Assembly: GCA_030744875.1 (NCBI GenBank) | Contig: JASLPR010000030.1 | Span: forward strand, 1 to 63,193 | From: Chloroflexota bacterium | Lineage (GTDB): Bacteria > Chloroflexota > UBA11872 > VXNJ01 | Direction of reading: 5' to 3' | Length of the DNA stretch: 63,193 nucleotides | Shown: positions 10,909 through 20,975 of the stretch, piece after piece | Layout of the letters: each line of letters opens with the position of its first letter | How positions within the stretch are numbered: position 1 is the first letter of the stretch | Notes under the pieces: generated by a model | Told to the model about the DNA's origin: nothing | The model's input: the letters and a program-made list of their open reading frames with translations, nothing else | The model's database searches: none | Translations under genes and position numbers: made by a program

Positions 10909-13005
10909 CTAACCAGCCCCGAGCGCTCGCGCCAGCGCCACCAGCGGAATCAACACCGCGATCCCCAGCGCCAGCGGCAGCACAAACGCCAACCCGGCCC
11001 ATTTCCAGCTGCCGGTCTCTTTTCTGATCGTCAAAATTGTTGTGGAGCAAGGGTTGTGGAGAACCACGAACACCAGCAGCGATACGGCGGTCAGCGTCGT
11101 CCAGCCCTGGCCCTTCAGCAGCGTCTCGAGGCCGGTCAGTTGCTCCACGTCCACCATTGCCCCGGCGCCGGTGTAGGCCATCATGATTGTCGGCAGGACA
11201 ATCTCGTTGGCCGGGATGGCTAGCACGTAGCCCACGAGAACGATCCCGTCCAGGCCCAGCAGCCGGCCCGGCCCGTCCAGGAACCCGGCGACGTGGCTCA
11301 TCGGAGTCGCGCCGGCGATGGTCGTATTGCCCATCAGCCAGATGGCCAGCCCGGCCGGCGCGGCCGCCACCACCGCTCGATACAGCACCCGCAGGGTCCG
11401 CTCGTACATCGAGCGATAGATCACCGGCAGCAACTTCGGGCGGCGATAGGGCGGCAGCTCTAGGACGAAGGCCGAAGGCTCCCCGCGCAGGATCGTGCGG
11501 GTCAGCGCCCCGGAGACGATCAGCGTCGCCACCACGCCGAGCCCGATGGTCGCCACCACGGTCGCCGCCCCCACCACGGCTCCCAGGTAGGGCGGGAAGG
11601 CGGTCGCCACGAAGACCGAGGCGATCAGGATGATGGTTGGGAACCGCCCGTTGCAGGGGGCGAAATTGTTGGTCAGGATGGCCACCAGGCGTTCCCGGGG
11701 CGAACTGATGATCCGGCACGAGGTCACCCCGGCGGCGTTACAGCCAAAGCCCATGCACATCGTCAGCGCCTGCTGCCCGCTGCCGCCGGCGCGCGCGAAC
11801 ATCCGGTCCATGTTGAAGGCCACCCGCGGCAGGTAGCCGGCGTCCTCCAGCAGGGTGAAGATCGGAAAGAAGATCGCCATCGGCGGCAGCATCACGGCGA
11901 TCACCCAGGCCAGGGCCCGGTAGACCCCGTCGATCAGCACCCCGACCAGCCAGTCCGGCGCGGCGGCCCAGGCCAGCGCTTCATGGCCGCGGTCGGCCAC
12001 CCAGAACAGCGCCGCCGCCAGCCACTGCGACGGATAGTTCGCGCCGGTGATCGTCAGCCACATCGCCGTCACCAGGCCCACGAACATCAGCGGATAGCCG
12101 CCCCAGGCCGAAGTCAGCACCCGGTCCACCCGGGCCGTCAGTCGCGGCCGGTCCACCGCTCGCTCCCGCACCGTCTGTTCCAGCAACCGCCCCACCTCCG
12201 CCCAGAGCGCTCCGGTGGTCGCCGCCGCCATCCGCTCCGCTTCTTCCGTCGTGACAATCGGAATCTCGACCCGCCGCGCCGCATCGCCGGTCAGCACCCG
12301 GCGCACCAGTTCCGCGTCCCCCTCCAGCGCCCGGGCCGCCAGCCAGCGCGGCGCTGGCAGCGCCGGGTCCTTCGCCACCAGGTCCAGCATCAACGTCGTC
12401 ACCGCCTCTTCGGCGTCCGCCGGGTAGTGCACCGGGCACGGGGCCGGCTGGTCGTCGGCCGCGCAGACCCGGGCGATGGCCGCGCGGAGATTCGCGATTC
12501 CCAGCCCGTCGCGCGCGGTCGTCGCCACCACCGGCACCCCCAGTTCCGCCGCCAGCCCGGCCACGTCGATCTGCACGCCGTGCCGCGCCGCGCCATCCAT
12601 CATGTTCAGGCACACCACCACCCGGCCGGTGAACTCGCGGATCTGCAGCACCAGGCCCAGGTTGCGCTCTAGCGCCGAGGCGTCCACCACCACCACCACC
12701 ACATCGGCATCCTCGAAGACTAGGAACTCCCGCGCCACCACCTCGTTCTCGCTGGTAGCCACCAGCGAATAGGTGCCCGGCAGGTCCACCACCCGGTATT
12801 CGCGTTCGGCGTGGCGGTAGGTCCCGGCGGCCAGTCCCACGGTCACCCCCGACCAGTTCCCGACGTGCTGATGCAGGCCGGTCAGGGCATTGAAGACGGT
12901 GCTCTTGCCGGTGTTGGGGTTGCCGGCCAGCGCCACCACAAAAGCCCCCGTAGCCTCCGCCGGCGCGGTGACCCCGGGCATCGCCACCGAGCCCGCCGCC
13001 TTCAT
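10909..13005 (-). CDS. feoB: ferrous iron (or manganese) transporter FeoB
   Basis: G1 GNPNTGKST, GNW.GVT, DLPGTYS, NMMD, LEDAGYLPR, GFGCNAAG, ELPPYR, PANEI. Confidence 0.95.
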   Translation of the reverse strand: MKAAGSVAMPGVTAPAEATGAFVVALAGNPNTGKSTVFNALTGLHQHVGNWSGVTVGLAAGTYRHAEREYRVVDLPGTYSLVATSENEVVAREFLVFEDADVVVVVVDASALERNLGLVLQIREFTGRVVVCLNMMDGAARHGVQIDVAGLAAELGVPVVATTARDGLGIANLRAAIARVCAADDQPAPCPVHYPADAEEAVTTLMLDLVAKDPALPAPRWLAARALEGDAELVRRVLTGDAARRVEIPIVTTEEAERMAAATTGALWAEVGRLLEQTVRERAVDRPRLTARVDRVLTSAWGGYPLMFVGLVTAMWLTITGANYPSQWLAAALFWVADRGHEALAWAAAPDWLVGVLIDGVYRALAWVIAVMLPPMAIFFPIFTLLEDAGYLPRVAFNMDRMFARAGGSGQQALTMCMGFGCNAAGVTSCRIISSPRERLVAILTNNFAPCNGRFPTIILIASVFVATAFPPYLGAVVGAATVVATIGLGVVATLIVSGALTRTILRGEPSAFVLELPPYRRPKLLPVIYRSMYERTLRVLYRAVVAAAPAGLAIWLMGNTTIAGATPMSHVAGFLDGPGRLLGLDGIVLVGYVLAIPANEIVLPTIMMAYTGAGAMVDVEQLTGLETLLKGQGWTTLTAVSLLVFVVLHNPCSTTILTIRKETGSWKWAGLAFVLPLALGIAVLIPLVALARALGAG

Positions 13006-13274
13006 CGCGCCTTGCCCCCGGTTTCCACCGGCCGCACCTTCACGCTTTGCGACTCAGCGGCGCGCAGGGCGAACACCGAATCACGAATCCGGTACGCCCG
13101 CAGGTCCCCAAATGGCGCGCGTAGCTCCAGTACCACCGGCGTACCCGACACGAACCCCAGGTCCAGCAACCGGCGTTGCATGAGGCCGTGCGCCACCACC
13201 GCCACCACCTCCGCCTTCTGTCCCGCGCTCAGTTCAGCCAGAGAAATCAAAGCGCCACCGCCTCCACCCGCCAT
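13002..13274 (-). CDS. feoA: FeoA domain protein
   Basis: RRLLDLGFVSGT.V....APFGD..AY.IRD...ALR. Overlaps the feoB start. Confidence 0.9.
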   Translation of the reverse strand: MAGGGGGALISLAELSAGQKAEVVAVVAHGLMQRRLLDLGFVSGTPVVLELRAPFGDLRAYRIRDSVFALRAAESQSVKVRPVETGGKAR

Positions 13275-13373
13275 CCATCAATCAGTAGCCGCCGCGAAAT
13301 CAAGCCGCCGCCTCCGCCCGCCACCACCTCCGCCTTCTGTCCCGCGCCCAGATCCAACCGCGAAATCAAGCCG
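13201..13373. repeat. degenerate tandem duplication of the feoA 5' end
   Basis: 28-nt GCCACCACCTCCGCCTTCTGTCCCGCGC at 13201 and 13320; CCGCGAAATCAAGCCG at 13292 and 13358. Confidence 0.8.
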
Positions 13374-13435
13374 TTCCCCCGTTTGCCGGCTGGCCGCCCT
13401 CCATTTCGCGACCTTGATTTCCAGTGTAACAGAAA

Positions 13436-13456
13436 TAGTTTTCCTAAGCGGAAATA
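13436..13456 (-). promoter_or_regulatory. palindromic operator TATTTCC-N5-GGAAAA upstream of feoAB
   Basis: Minus strand reads TATTTCCGCTTAGGAAAACTA, matching the site at 10125. Confidence 0.65.
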
Positions 13457-13596
13457 ATAAGCTGTGCCAGCTGCCAAATGCTCGGTGCGCAGGTTTGCGC
13501 GACACAACCGGAGCCAACGACCACGCCACCAGCTGCCAACCCGCCTAGTATTGAAGCCGTCGCCAGCGTCCGCCCCGCCAACCGGAGACGCCGAAA

Positions 13597-13986
13597 ATGC
13601 CGAAGTCCCGCGAGAGCCGCTGGCGCGCGCGTTCCAAGGTCTGGCTGGAGGACGACCGGGTAGTGCTGCTCAGCGGGTTCCGGGCCGACCTGTTGGAGCG
13701 GGTCGACCGGCTCGGTTCGGTCTCGGCGGCGGCCCGCGAGCTCGATCTGCCCAACCGGACGGCCTGGAAGAAGCTTCAGGAGACAGAAGCCGCGGCCGGC
13801 TTTCCGCTATTGATTTCGACCTCCGGCGGGTCCGGCGGCGGGGCGTCGCGGCTCACCGACGAAGCCCGGTCGTTGCTGGCCGCGTTCCGGCGGGTCGCCG
13901 ACCCGGTCAGCGGCCTGGTCGACGAGCGCTTCGCGGCCGAGGCCGGTAGCTTCGTTGCACCGCCCGATGAGACCGACCCGGCCTAA
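13597..13986 (+). CDS. ModE-like winged-helix regulator (N-terminal domain only)
   Basis: KVWLE...R..LL..VD..GSVSAAAREL....AWKKL...E...G.PL.....GG..GG.S.LT. No TOBE/mop domains. Confidence 0.85.
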   Translation: MPKSRESRWRARSKVWLEDDRVVLLSGFRADLLERVDRLGSVSAAARELDLPNRTAWKKLQETEAAAGFPLLISTSGGSGGGASRLTDEARSLLAAFRRVADPVSGLVDERFAAEAGSFVAPPDETDPA

Positions 13987-14146
13987 CCCTGCCGGCCCCG
14001 GCTAGCCCCGCCTCCTCACCAGCACCGCGGTCACCGCCAGCGCCACCACCGCCTAGGCCGCCAGCACGGCGTATGCCGCCTCGGTGCCATCCACCAACCT
14101 CTGTCAAACCCTGCTTCTCCTCTAAGCCCGGCTAGAATGCCCGGCT

Positions 14147-15358
14147 ATGGAGGGCATGTTCGGACTCAACACCGTCGAAATCGCCGTCGCCCTGGTGACG
14201 GTCGCGGTCGTCGCCGCGCTCATCGTCCGCCTCGTCGCCGTGCCCTACACCGTAGCACTGGTCGTTCTCGGCCTGGTTACTGCCGAACTTTTCCGTGACC
14301 AGCACTTCGAGATCAGCCCCGAAGTCGTGCTAGTCGTTCTTCTACCGGGCCTCATCTTTGACGCCGCCTTCCGCATCGACATTCGCGAGTTCCGCCAGTC
14401 CATCGCCGGGGTCGCCGTTCTGGCCGCGCCCGGCGTCATCATCTCCGCCGCCGTCGTCGCCGCCATCCTCCATTTCGCCACCGGCATGCGCGCCGACCTG
14501 GCCTTCGTCATCGGCGCCATGGTCTCCGCCACCGATCCCGCCGCCGTCCTCACCACCTTCCGGCGGCTCGGATCGCCCAAGCGTCTCGCCACCCTGGTCG
14601 AAGGCGAATCGCTCTTCAACGACGGCACCGGCCTGGTCGTCTTCGTCATCGCCATCCAGGCCGTCCAGTCCGAGGTCGTCATCACCGGCGCGATCGTGCA
14701 GTTCTTCGTCACCGTCGGGGTCAGCATCCTCATCGGTCTCGTCGGCGGCCTGGTCGTTTCCCTCATCGTCGCCCGGGTCGACGACCACCTAGTCGAGACG
14801 ACCCTCTCCCTGGCGCTCGCCTACGGTGCCTACGTCATCGCCGACGCCTTCCACGAATCCGGCATCATCGCCACCGTCACCGCCGGAATCGTCCTCGGCA
14901 ACGTCGGCCGCCGCATCGGCATGTCCGAGACCACCCGCCAGGCCATCGATAGCGTCTGGGAGTTCCTCGCCTTCGTGCTCACCGCCGTTGTCTTCCTGCT
15001 CGTCGGCCTGGCCATCACCCTGGAGAGCCTCCGCGACGCCATCGGCCCCATCCTCTGGGCCATCCTTGCCGTCCTGATCGGCCGCGCGCTGGTGGTCTAC
15101 CTGCTGCTCAACGGCGCCTCCCGGCTGGCCGTCTTCGGCGGCATCGCTCCGCATCTGCCCACATCCTGGCTCAACGTGCTCTGGTGGTCCGGGCTGCGCG
15201 GCGCGGTCGCTGTTGCCATGGCCCTCTCGCTGCCGCTGGATTTCCCCGACCGCGCCCTCCTGCAGGAGATCACCTTCGGCGTCGTCCTCTTCACTCTTTT
15301 CGTCCAGGGAACCACTATCGAGATACTCATCGCCCGCGCCGGCGACATAGATTTATAA
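14147..15358 (+). CDS. CPA1 family (NhaP-like) Na+/H+ antiporter
   Basis: LLP.LIF.AA, SATDP.AV, VEGESLFNDGTG, WWSGLRGAV; about 12 TM. TAGAAT -10 lies 8 nt before the ATG. Confidence 0.92.
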   Translation: MEGMFGLNTVEIAVALVTVAVVAALIVRLVAVPYTVALVVLGLVTAELFRDQHFEISPEVVLVVLLPGLIFDAAFRIDIREFRQSIAGVAVLAAPGVIISAAVVAAILHFATGMRADLAFVIGAMVSATDPAAVLTTFRRLGSPKRLATLVEGESLFNDGTGLVVFVIAIQAVQSEVVITGAIVQFFVTVGVSILIGLVGGLVVSLIVARVDDHLVETTLSLALAYGAYVIADAFHESGIIATVTAGIVLGNVGRRIGMSETTRQAIDSVWEFLAFVLTAVVFLLVGLAITLESLRDAIGPILWAILAVLIGRALVVYLLLNGASRLAVFGGIAPHLPTSWLNVLWWSGLRGAVAVAMALSLPLDFPDRALLQEITFGVVLFTLFVQGTTIEILIARAGDIDL

Positions 15359-15371
15359 CCACATCCACCGT

Positions 15372-17804
15372 CTAGCCGCTCACCATCACTCCCGCCGACG
15401 CCGTAGAGAGCCACTCCACCCCCTCATGGACCACCCCCCACTCCAGCAGGTAGAAACCCGGCTCCCCGGGAGTTTCAATCTTCCCTCCCACAATCTCGGC
15501 CGATCCCGGCGCTAGCGGACCGGAGAAGAACAATCGACCCTCCACCGCCACCTCCCCGGCGGTCCTGTCCTTCCCGGTTCGCAGCCACCTATACCCGACC
15601 CGGTACGACCCGTCCCAGGCGCCATCCCCAACGTTGAACGCCGCCACCCGCAGCCTCGCCGGCCAATCAACCTGCGACTCTCGCGACATCTGTAGGACAG
15701 TGACCTCAGCGGCGTCGCCGTTTCCGGCCGCCGGTCCCGTTGCGGGAAAGACCGTGATCGAGTGCTCCGCCACCACGTGCCTGTTCACTACCAGCGAGAG
15801 CGTGTAGTTGCCTGGTTGTATCGGCGCCGTCGCCCGCACCAGCCCGTCGATTGTCATGCTGGAGAATCCCGGCACAACCGGCGGCACCCGGAATAATTCA
15901 CCCGTCTCCGACCGCTGTCCGCCGTCCTCGTCGGTCCAGGTCATCGTCGTTGCGCGCGACCACCTTCCCTCTGGTGGCAACCAGGGCTTCGGCCCGGGGT
16001 TCGTCACTAGTGCCGGCGCCGCCAGTTCCTCCCCAGCCCGAAGGCCCGTCGCAAAGAAATCCACCTCCACTCGGTCCCAGCCTGACTGCTGATCCGGCGG
16101 CTCGCCACCATCCAGTGATACCACCACGAACTGATCAGCTTCCACCGGATCTTGCCCGTCCGCTAGCTCGCCGGCAGCCCTCAGCCAACCTTCCACAGTG
16201 CCCGCCGACATCCGCGACGTGTCCAGTACTACCGATCGCACCCCGTAGGCCCGCAGCGCTGCAAGCACCCGCTCCACATCTTCCACCCCGGCCTCATCCA
16301 CCAGTGTCGCGAACTGTCCGTACGCTGGCGGCTTGAATCCCGAATATCCGTTTACGATCTGCGTCCGGGCTTGCGCTGCGACCCAAAGACGAATCGGCTC
16401 CTCCCAAATCGAGATGTCGGCTGGTACAAAGATGGCCGGTCCACCAACTGCCGCCAGCGCATCCGTCAGCTTATCCCGTCCCGGCAGCGGACCTGAGGCC
16501 ACTGGCCCCCGCGCAAACTCCAGAACCAGCAGGACGCCTAGCCCGACCGGCAGCGCGTAGCGCCGCGACCTGCCCCCGCCCGCCCATCGCCATATCCAGT
16601 CCACCCCGACCGTCGCCAGCAGCGTGATTCCCAGCATCGCTGGCATCGCGAACCGCGCTGCCACGCGCAGGGCTCGAAACTCCGGGAACGTCTCAAAGAA
16701 GAACTGGTAAGGCAGTGCAATTCCGGTCGGCTTACCTCCCCACCGCAATTCAGGCCCTAGCGAAAGTACAAAACTTATAATTGTCAACCCCACTGCGGCA
16801 ATCACCACCCAGCGCAGTCTCGACGTGCGAATGCCGGCATAGATTCCCACCGCCGCCAGGCCCACCGGAATCATTACCGGCGAGCCCGAACGGATCAGCC
16901 AATTCGCATCGACCAGGTTGCCCGCCGCCCCTACCCACCACTGGTCCCGTAGGGCATCACTCAGGTATCCCGGCAATCCCGCTGAGTACCGGGCCACCTC
17001 GCGGATGTCCCGCGCGATCCGCCAATCGTCCTCGAATCCTCGATACCCGGCGACGATCGGGATCAGCGGCAGCAGCCCGATACCGACTGCCGCCAGTGCC
17101 CGCGTGCCGCCTCGCCAATCCCGCAACCGCAGCGATCCGGTAACTGCCGCCCCGGCGATCAGGCAGGCGAAGCCCAGCGCTGCGAAATACCCTAAGTACA
17201 CCGCCGTCCCGAACTGCACGCCGAAGCTTCCAGTCGCCGCCGTAAGCATCCACGGCTTTCGTGTCTGCACGTATGCCACCAAGAACCACACCATCAGCGC
17301 CGTCCACAGCAGCATCTGCAATTGAAGATGCCCACCGAACCTCAACTGAACCGGTGAGAACGCGAATACCGTCGCCCCCGTCAGCGCTGCTACCGGCTGA
17401 CCGGTGAGCCGCCGCAGTGCGCCGAACATCACCAGCCCGTTCAGTGCGGACAATACGACGTGCAGTAGGTTGAATCCGAATACCGGACCGAACACTGCGG
17501 CCAGTAAAACGTATATCGGCAGCGTTCCGAGCAGCAGGTCCGAGAAGTACAGACTGTCGCCCATCCCGTAGAAGCTCAAACCCTGGAACAAGCTGCCCGG
17601 CTGGTACAACAGTGACCAACGCTCCCACTCTAGGGTTGCCAGCTGAAAGAGTTGGTCGATGTCACCCAGTGGATAGTGCGATGAACCCGGCACCGGTCGA
17701 TTGAAGTACCAGCTCAGCGTCGTAAAGAACAGCGTCAGAGCGATGCCCTTGCCTGCTCTGTTTCGCCCCGTAGTTTTCCAGACCGTCCTGTCGACCAGCT
17801 GCAT
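15372..17804 (-). CDS. large multi-TM protein, probable GT-C (YfhO-like) glycosyltransferase with C-terminal Ig-like domains
   Basis: N-terminal D..F....W...SL..LF...F....SL.FSD loop, GA.VFAFSP, H.QL, LSLGP, LPY......P.F..LRV.ARF, VNGYSGF.P; two C-terminal beta domains (PG.Y.L). Confidence 0.6.
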   Translation of the reverse strand: MQLVDRTVWKTTGRNRAGKGIALTLFFTTLSWYFNRPVPGSSHYPLGDIDQLFQLATLEWERWSLLYQPGSLFQGLSFYGMGDSLYFSDLLLGTLPIYVLLAAVFGPVFGFNLLHVVLSALNGLVMFGALRRLTGQPVAALTGATVFAFSPVQLRFGGHLQLQMLLWTALMVWFLVAYVQTRKPWMLTAATGSFGVQFGTAVYLGYFAALGFACLIAGAAVTGSLRLRDWRGGTRALAAVGIGLLPLIPIVAGYRGFEDDWRIARDIREVARYSAGLPGYLSDALRDQWWVGAAGNLVDANWLIRSGSPVMIPVGLAAVGIYAGIRTSRLRWVVIAAVGLTIISFVLSLGPELRWGGKPTGIALPYQFFFETFPEFRALRVAARFAMPAMLGITLLATVGVDWIWRWAGGGRSRRYALPVGLGVLLVLEFARGPVASGPLPGRDKLTDALAAVGGPAIFVPADISIWEEPIRLWVAAQARTQIVNGYSGFKPPAYGQFATLVDEAGVEDVERVLAALRAYGVRSVVLDTSRMSAGTVEGWLRAAGELADGQDPVEADQFVVVSLDGGEPPDQQSGWDRVEVDFFATGLRAGEELAAPALVTNPGPKPWLPPEGRWSRATTMTWTDEDGGQRSETGELFRVPPVVPGFSSMTIDGLVRATAPIQPGNYTLSLVVNRHVVAEHSITVFPATGPAAGNGDAAEVTVLQMSRESQVDWPARLRVAAFNVGDGAWDGSYRVGYRWLRTGKDRTAGEVAVEGRLFFSGPLAPGSAEIVGGKIETPGEPGFYLLEWGVVHEGVEWLSTASAGVMVSG

Positions 17805-18009
17805 CGACGTCCCTTCGGCTTGGTTGTCGACAATGCCGGATATTACCTAACCGTGCCGCGGTATTGATCCTGGCCAGCTCCCGAAGTGGATTCTCGTCTA
17901 ACTCTGATTTCTAGAGTGAATTGTAGGTGCCCTGCGGCCTGCTGGACTGGGCAGAGTCTAGACAACCTGACGTAAAGCTTGGGAAGGCTTGTAGAGAGCG
18001 GATCCTACC

Positions 18010-18250
18010 GTGAATGTCTTGCTGACCGGAACCACCGATTACATCGGAGCAGTTGTTGCCGAGAAGCTGATCGCCGCCGGGCGTCGCTTGGTCCGGATGG
18101 CTCGCACCGGCCGCACTGACACCCGCACCCTGAGTGACTTGCGGACGATTGATCGTTCTCTACATGCCCGGGTCGTGCCAGACGAGATCTCAGTCGCTGG
18201 CGCCGGCCGGGCCTTCGATTCGGACGGTATCTTGAATGATCCCCACCCTG
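18010..18250 (+). pseudogene. remnant of an NAD-dependent epimerase/dehydratase
   Basis: MNVLLTGTTDYIGAVVAEKLIAAG is a decayed GxxGxxG Rossmann start. Similarity is lost quickly afterwards. Confidence 0.5.
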
Positions 18251-18367
18251 TTGAGAAGGTCCGCAACGTCGGCGGGCAGGTGGCGCGATTTGCCCTTCTG
18301 CGCTCATCCGACCACCCGCGCGAGTTCCTGCGCTTCTGGAAGGAATCCCGGGTCGGTCCGGGCGGGG

Positions 18368-19831
18368 CTAGGCCGCCGTACCCGCGTCTACGCCCCGCAT
18401 CGGGATGCGGAATAGCCCGATGCTTGCCACGGCGACCACCGCCGCCGCGATGAGGAACGGAATGATATTCGCAACTTCCCCAATGAATGGCAGTGCTTGC
18501 CGGGTCTCGAAGAAGATTCCCGCCACCAGCACGCCGATCACCATCCCGATTGAGAATGAACTGGTCAGCAGCGACGAGATTCTGCCCGTCTCCTGCGGTG
18601 GAGTGATATCTCCCGTCACCGCCACTAGCAGCGTCTGTGTCGCGTTGCGGAATAATCCGTGGAAACCGGAAGCTGCCAGCAGTATGGCCACGTTGTCGGT
18701 TAGCCCGAACGCGACCGAGGATACGACCCCGACCACCAGTGTCGTCACCAGCAACACACGCCGCCCCAGCCAGTCGGAGGTCCAGCCGATTACCACCTGC
18801 GCTAGGCCTCCGCCCAACGAAGCGCCCGCGACAAAGAACCCCACCGAACTCAGCGCCCCGCCCGCATCGATTAGCTTCGGCCCACTCAGCAACACGAACA
18901 CTCCCAGCATCATGCTGGTCGACGCCCGTATAATCAGCATCGTCACGACCCCCGGAATCCGCAGCAGTTGCATGTTGCCGGTGGGTGATGTGGCCGTGGG
19001 CTTAGAGAGGCTATCGACGATCTTCGTCGGCTCCGCTGACTTCAGTCTCGGGACTATGAATATCGTCAACACCATTCCGGCCGTGACGATTCCGAATGCC
19101 GTTAATGCCATCGTGCCAAAGTCGTACTCCTCGGCGATCAACCCTAGGATCGGCGCCGAGATCGCCGGCACTAGCGTCGCCACCGAGGTTGCAATCCCGC
19201 TTCCCAGTCCCCGCTGATCCGGTGGGCTCGCCTGAATCACGTACGCCTGGGCTCCGGTCCAATGGAATGCCAAGAAGAATCCCATCACCGGGGCCGCTGC
19301 GAGCACCAACCCAAAGTCGGTGATCATGCCCAGCACGAACATGAACGCGGCCAGCCCGACCAGCCCAGGAATGTAGGTCCACTTGCTCCCGAACCGCCGA
19401 ATCCACGGCCCGCTGGCCAGTCCCAGCGTGGCCGTCACCCCGTGGATTCCCACCATCAGGAATGATGCCGCTAGGATTCCCTCGCCTAGCTCATCCCGTA
19501 CAAAGACTGACAGGTACGTCATTATCGGCCACCAGGCTGCTAGCCCTATTCCGAACATGATCACGAATGATATGAATGCCCGCGAGCGCAGCGTGGTCGG
19601 CCCGACCGGCGCGGACGGCCTGGCTTCATCAGCCGCCGCGGAGTGCGGCGGACCTTCGGGGGCCGGCTCTTCAACGGCCGTAGTGGGAGGTGCGACCGAG
19701 CCCGGCGAACCTACCATTGCATGCCACATCCGGCGTGGTGAGAGCCCAGCCGCGTTCACCATTCCTACCACGAACATCACTGCGAACGTGGTGAACGCGG
19801 CAGTGTGTCTTCCCTTTCGCTTACTCATCAT
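18368..19831 (-). CDS. MFS transporter with N-terminal extension
   Basis: About 12 TM with motif-A-like GPWIRRFGSK and GWTSDWLGRR. Likely start MMSKRKG after GGGAG. Confidence 0.8.
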   Translation of the reverse strand: MMSKRKGRHTAAFTTFAVMFVVGMVNAAGLSPRRMWHAMVGSPGSVAPPTTAVEEPAPEGPPHSAAADEARPSAPVGPTTLRSRAFISFVIMFGIGLAAWWPIMTYLSVFVRDELGEGILAASFLMVGIHGVTATLGLASGPWIRRFGSKWTYIPGLVGLAAFMFVLGMITDFGLVLAAAPVMGFFLAFHWTGAQAYVIQASPPDQRGLGSGIATSVATLVPAISAPILGLIAEEYDFGTMALTAFGIVTAGMVLTIFIVPRLKSAEPTKIVDSLSKPTATSPTGNMQLLRIPGVVTMLIIRASTSMMLGVFVLLSGPKLIDAGGALSSVGFFVAGASLGGGLAQVVIGWTSDWLGRRVLLVTTLVVGVVSSVAFGLTDNVAILLAASGFHGLFRNATQTLLVAVTGDITPPQETGRISSLLTSSFSIGMVIGVLVAGIFFETRQALPFIGEVANIIPFLIAAAVVAVASIGLFRIPMRGVDAGTAA

Positions 19832-19907
19832 GCTCCCTCGGTCCTCGACCGGCACATCGTGCAATGGTGCGCCCACCCGACGTCTGTGTAAACCGGAATC
19901 CCCAAAT

Positions 19908-20045
19908 CTGAGGGCCAACCTCGATGCGTTCGATTTCGAGATCAGCGACAAGGACAACGCTCGTATCGACGAGATCAGCGCCCTCGATCCGACGGTCGCG
20001 CCGTTCTCTATGGCCAACTACAGACCGCACCCGTATCGCTGGTAG
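19908..20045 (+). pseudogene. C-terminal remnant of an aldo/keto reductase
   Basis: LRANLDAFDFEISDKDNARIDEI matches the AKR C-terminal pattern (L.ENL.AFDF.LS..D...I). No upstream body. Confidence 0.55.
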
Positions 20046-20125
20046 ACCCCCAGCGCTTGCCGCTGCGATCGACTTGCCGGATAGCGTAGGATCACCCTTG
20101 CCTACCAACTACTTGGAGACGCCCA

Positions 20126-20926
20126 ATGGCCGCCACGATAGCGATAGAGCTCTACACCCTCCGCGATTTCATGAACGATCAGCGCGGTTTTGTAGACACC
20201 ATCAAACGTGTCCGCGAAGTCGGCTACGAAGCCGTTGAATTCGCCGGTGTCACCGCCGTCGAAGGGGAGACCCCCGACACCACCGCCGTCGAGGTCCGCC
20301 GCATCCTCGACGATGCTGGGTTAACCTGCGCCTCGGCCCATCGCCGCTGGGGATCGCTACGCGACGACACCGACGCCGAGATTGACTTCCTGCAGACCCT
20401 CGGCTGTCCCTACGTCGCCGTGCCGATCATCATTGACGAGTACGACCGCTACGCCTATGAGGGATATCAAGCTTTCCTAGCTGACCTGCCGCCGGTCGTC
20501 GAAAGACTCAAGGCCGCCGGCATCACCTTGGGGTACCACAACCACTCCATCGAGTTCCTCCGCGGACTCGACGGCGATACCATCTACGATCTCCTGATCG
20601 AGCAAGGTGGCCCTGATCTGGCTATGACCGTCGACGTCTACTGGGCCGCCGTCGCCGGAGTCAACCCGGTCAATCTCATCGAGCGTCTGCATGGCCGCGT
20701 GCCGGTCATCCACATGAAGGACCTCGAAGTTGCCCTGCCGGACGAAGGCCACATGCCCCTGCCGGTCTTCGCGCCGGTCGGCGAAGGCAACTTGGACTGG
20801 GATGCCATTATCCCTGCCGCCAAAGCCGCTGGCGCCGAGACTTGGGTTGTCGAGCAGGACCTCTGCCGCCGCGACCACTACGACTGCATTCGCTCCAGCC
20901 TAGAATTCCTCAAGCCGCGCGTCTAG
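20126..20926 (+). CDS. sugar phosphate isomerase/epimerase (xylose isomerase-like TIM barrel)
   Basis: LYTLRD, GY.AVE.AG, GYHNH..EF, DVYW, HMKD, PVGEG.LDW, VEQD. Confidence 0.9.
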   Translation: MAATIAIELYTLRDFMNDQRGFVDTIKRVREVGYEAVEFAGVTAVEGETPDTTAVEVRRILDDAGLTCASAHRRWGSLRDDTDAEIDFLQTLGCPYVAVPIIIDEYDRYAYEGYQAFLADLPPVVERLKAAGITLGYHNHSIEFLRGLDGDTIYDLLIEQGGPDLAMTVDVYWAAVAGVNPVNLIERLHGRVPVIHMKDLEVALPDEGHMPLPVFAPVGEGNLDWDAIIPAAKAAGAETWVVEQDLCRRDHYDCIRSSLEFLKPRV

Positions 20927-20975
20927 CCGCGTCGAGCCGGTACGACGATGGCCGGACCAGACCGCCCGCCGTCTG

